The translations under genes and the position numbers were made by a program. Shown here in pieces: positions 63,982-64,000 of a stretch of 64,000 nt of DNA. The notes below the pieces were generated by a model. It worked only from the letters and a program-made list of their open reading frames with translations, had not been told where the DNA came from and made no database searches. How positions within the stretch are numbered: the first letter of the stretch is position 1; the number at the start of each line of letters is the position of its first letter. Source of the stretch: Octopus sinensis (lineage: Eukaryota); the NCBI RefSeq assembly GCF_006345805.1, contig NC_043001.1, positions 87,544,001-87,608,000 on the forward strand, read 5' to 3'.

Positions 63982-64000
63982 TGTATGTATATATATATAA
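62770..64000. repeat. Long compound (TA)n/(TG)n/(TATG)n microsatellite field interrupted by a SINE
   Basis: Directly visible; shorter (TA)n/(CA)n tracts at ~3374, 3945, 9483, 15048, 19836, 60115, 62285. Confidence 0.98.
63225..63435 (+). mobile_element. tRNA-derived SINE (TGGCCTAGTGGTTAGG head); decayed relatives ~14155-14455 (+) and ~36540-36715 (-)
   Basis: A box TGGCCTAGTGG and B box GGTTTCGATTC followed by a non-tRNA body; embedded in (TA)n. Confidence 0.75.

Noticed and set aside
1-64000. CRISPR arrays, rRNA, prokaryotic operons
   Set aside because: None seen; the window is eukaryotic intron-exon DNA and its repeats lack a repeat-spacer structure

Overview
AT-rich eukaryotic genomic DNA, dense in microsatellites and SINEs. 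The repeat families look like coleoid cephalopod (Octopus-type) DNA; this is an inference, not a database result. Three protein-coding units are supported. (1) A complete 12-coding-exon IFRD1/IFRD-family gene on + (ATG 5989 to TGA 51459, 433-434 aa), which I assembled by hand with GT-AG junctions and consistent phases. It has a 21.5 kb first intron and a 42-codon upstream ORF whose stop overlaps the main start (TAATG). (2) A 418-aa single-exon ORF on - (4230..5486), head-to-head with IFRD1 across about 500 bp of promoter-like sequence. It weakly resembles HEXIM (basic WK motif and TESL...KxEL coiled coil) but lacks an intact PYNT motif. (3) A large terminal exon on - (57740..59055) of an uncharacterised SAM-domain protein with an RGRP (AT-hook-like) motif and an unassigned helical domain; its 5' exon(s) were not found in the window. 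Introns and flanks hold a full-length dead mariner (D34D), two 5'-truncated RTE LINEs, CR1 and Penelope-like remnants, three non-autonomous Helitrons, hAT- and TTAA-type MITEs, long foldbacks, several tRNA-derived SINE families and recent tandem duplications. I found no CRISPR, rRNA or genuine tRNA gene. The best leads are the IFRD1 uORF, the HEXIM-like neighbour, the SAM/AT-hook protein and a duplicated structured element with splice signals flanking IFRD1 exon 6. Repeat boundaries are approximate unless TIRs or TSDs are quoted.
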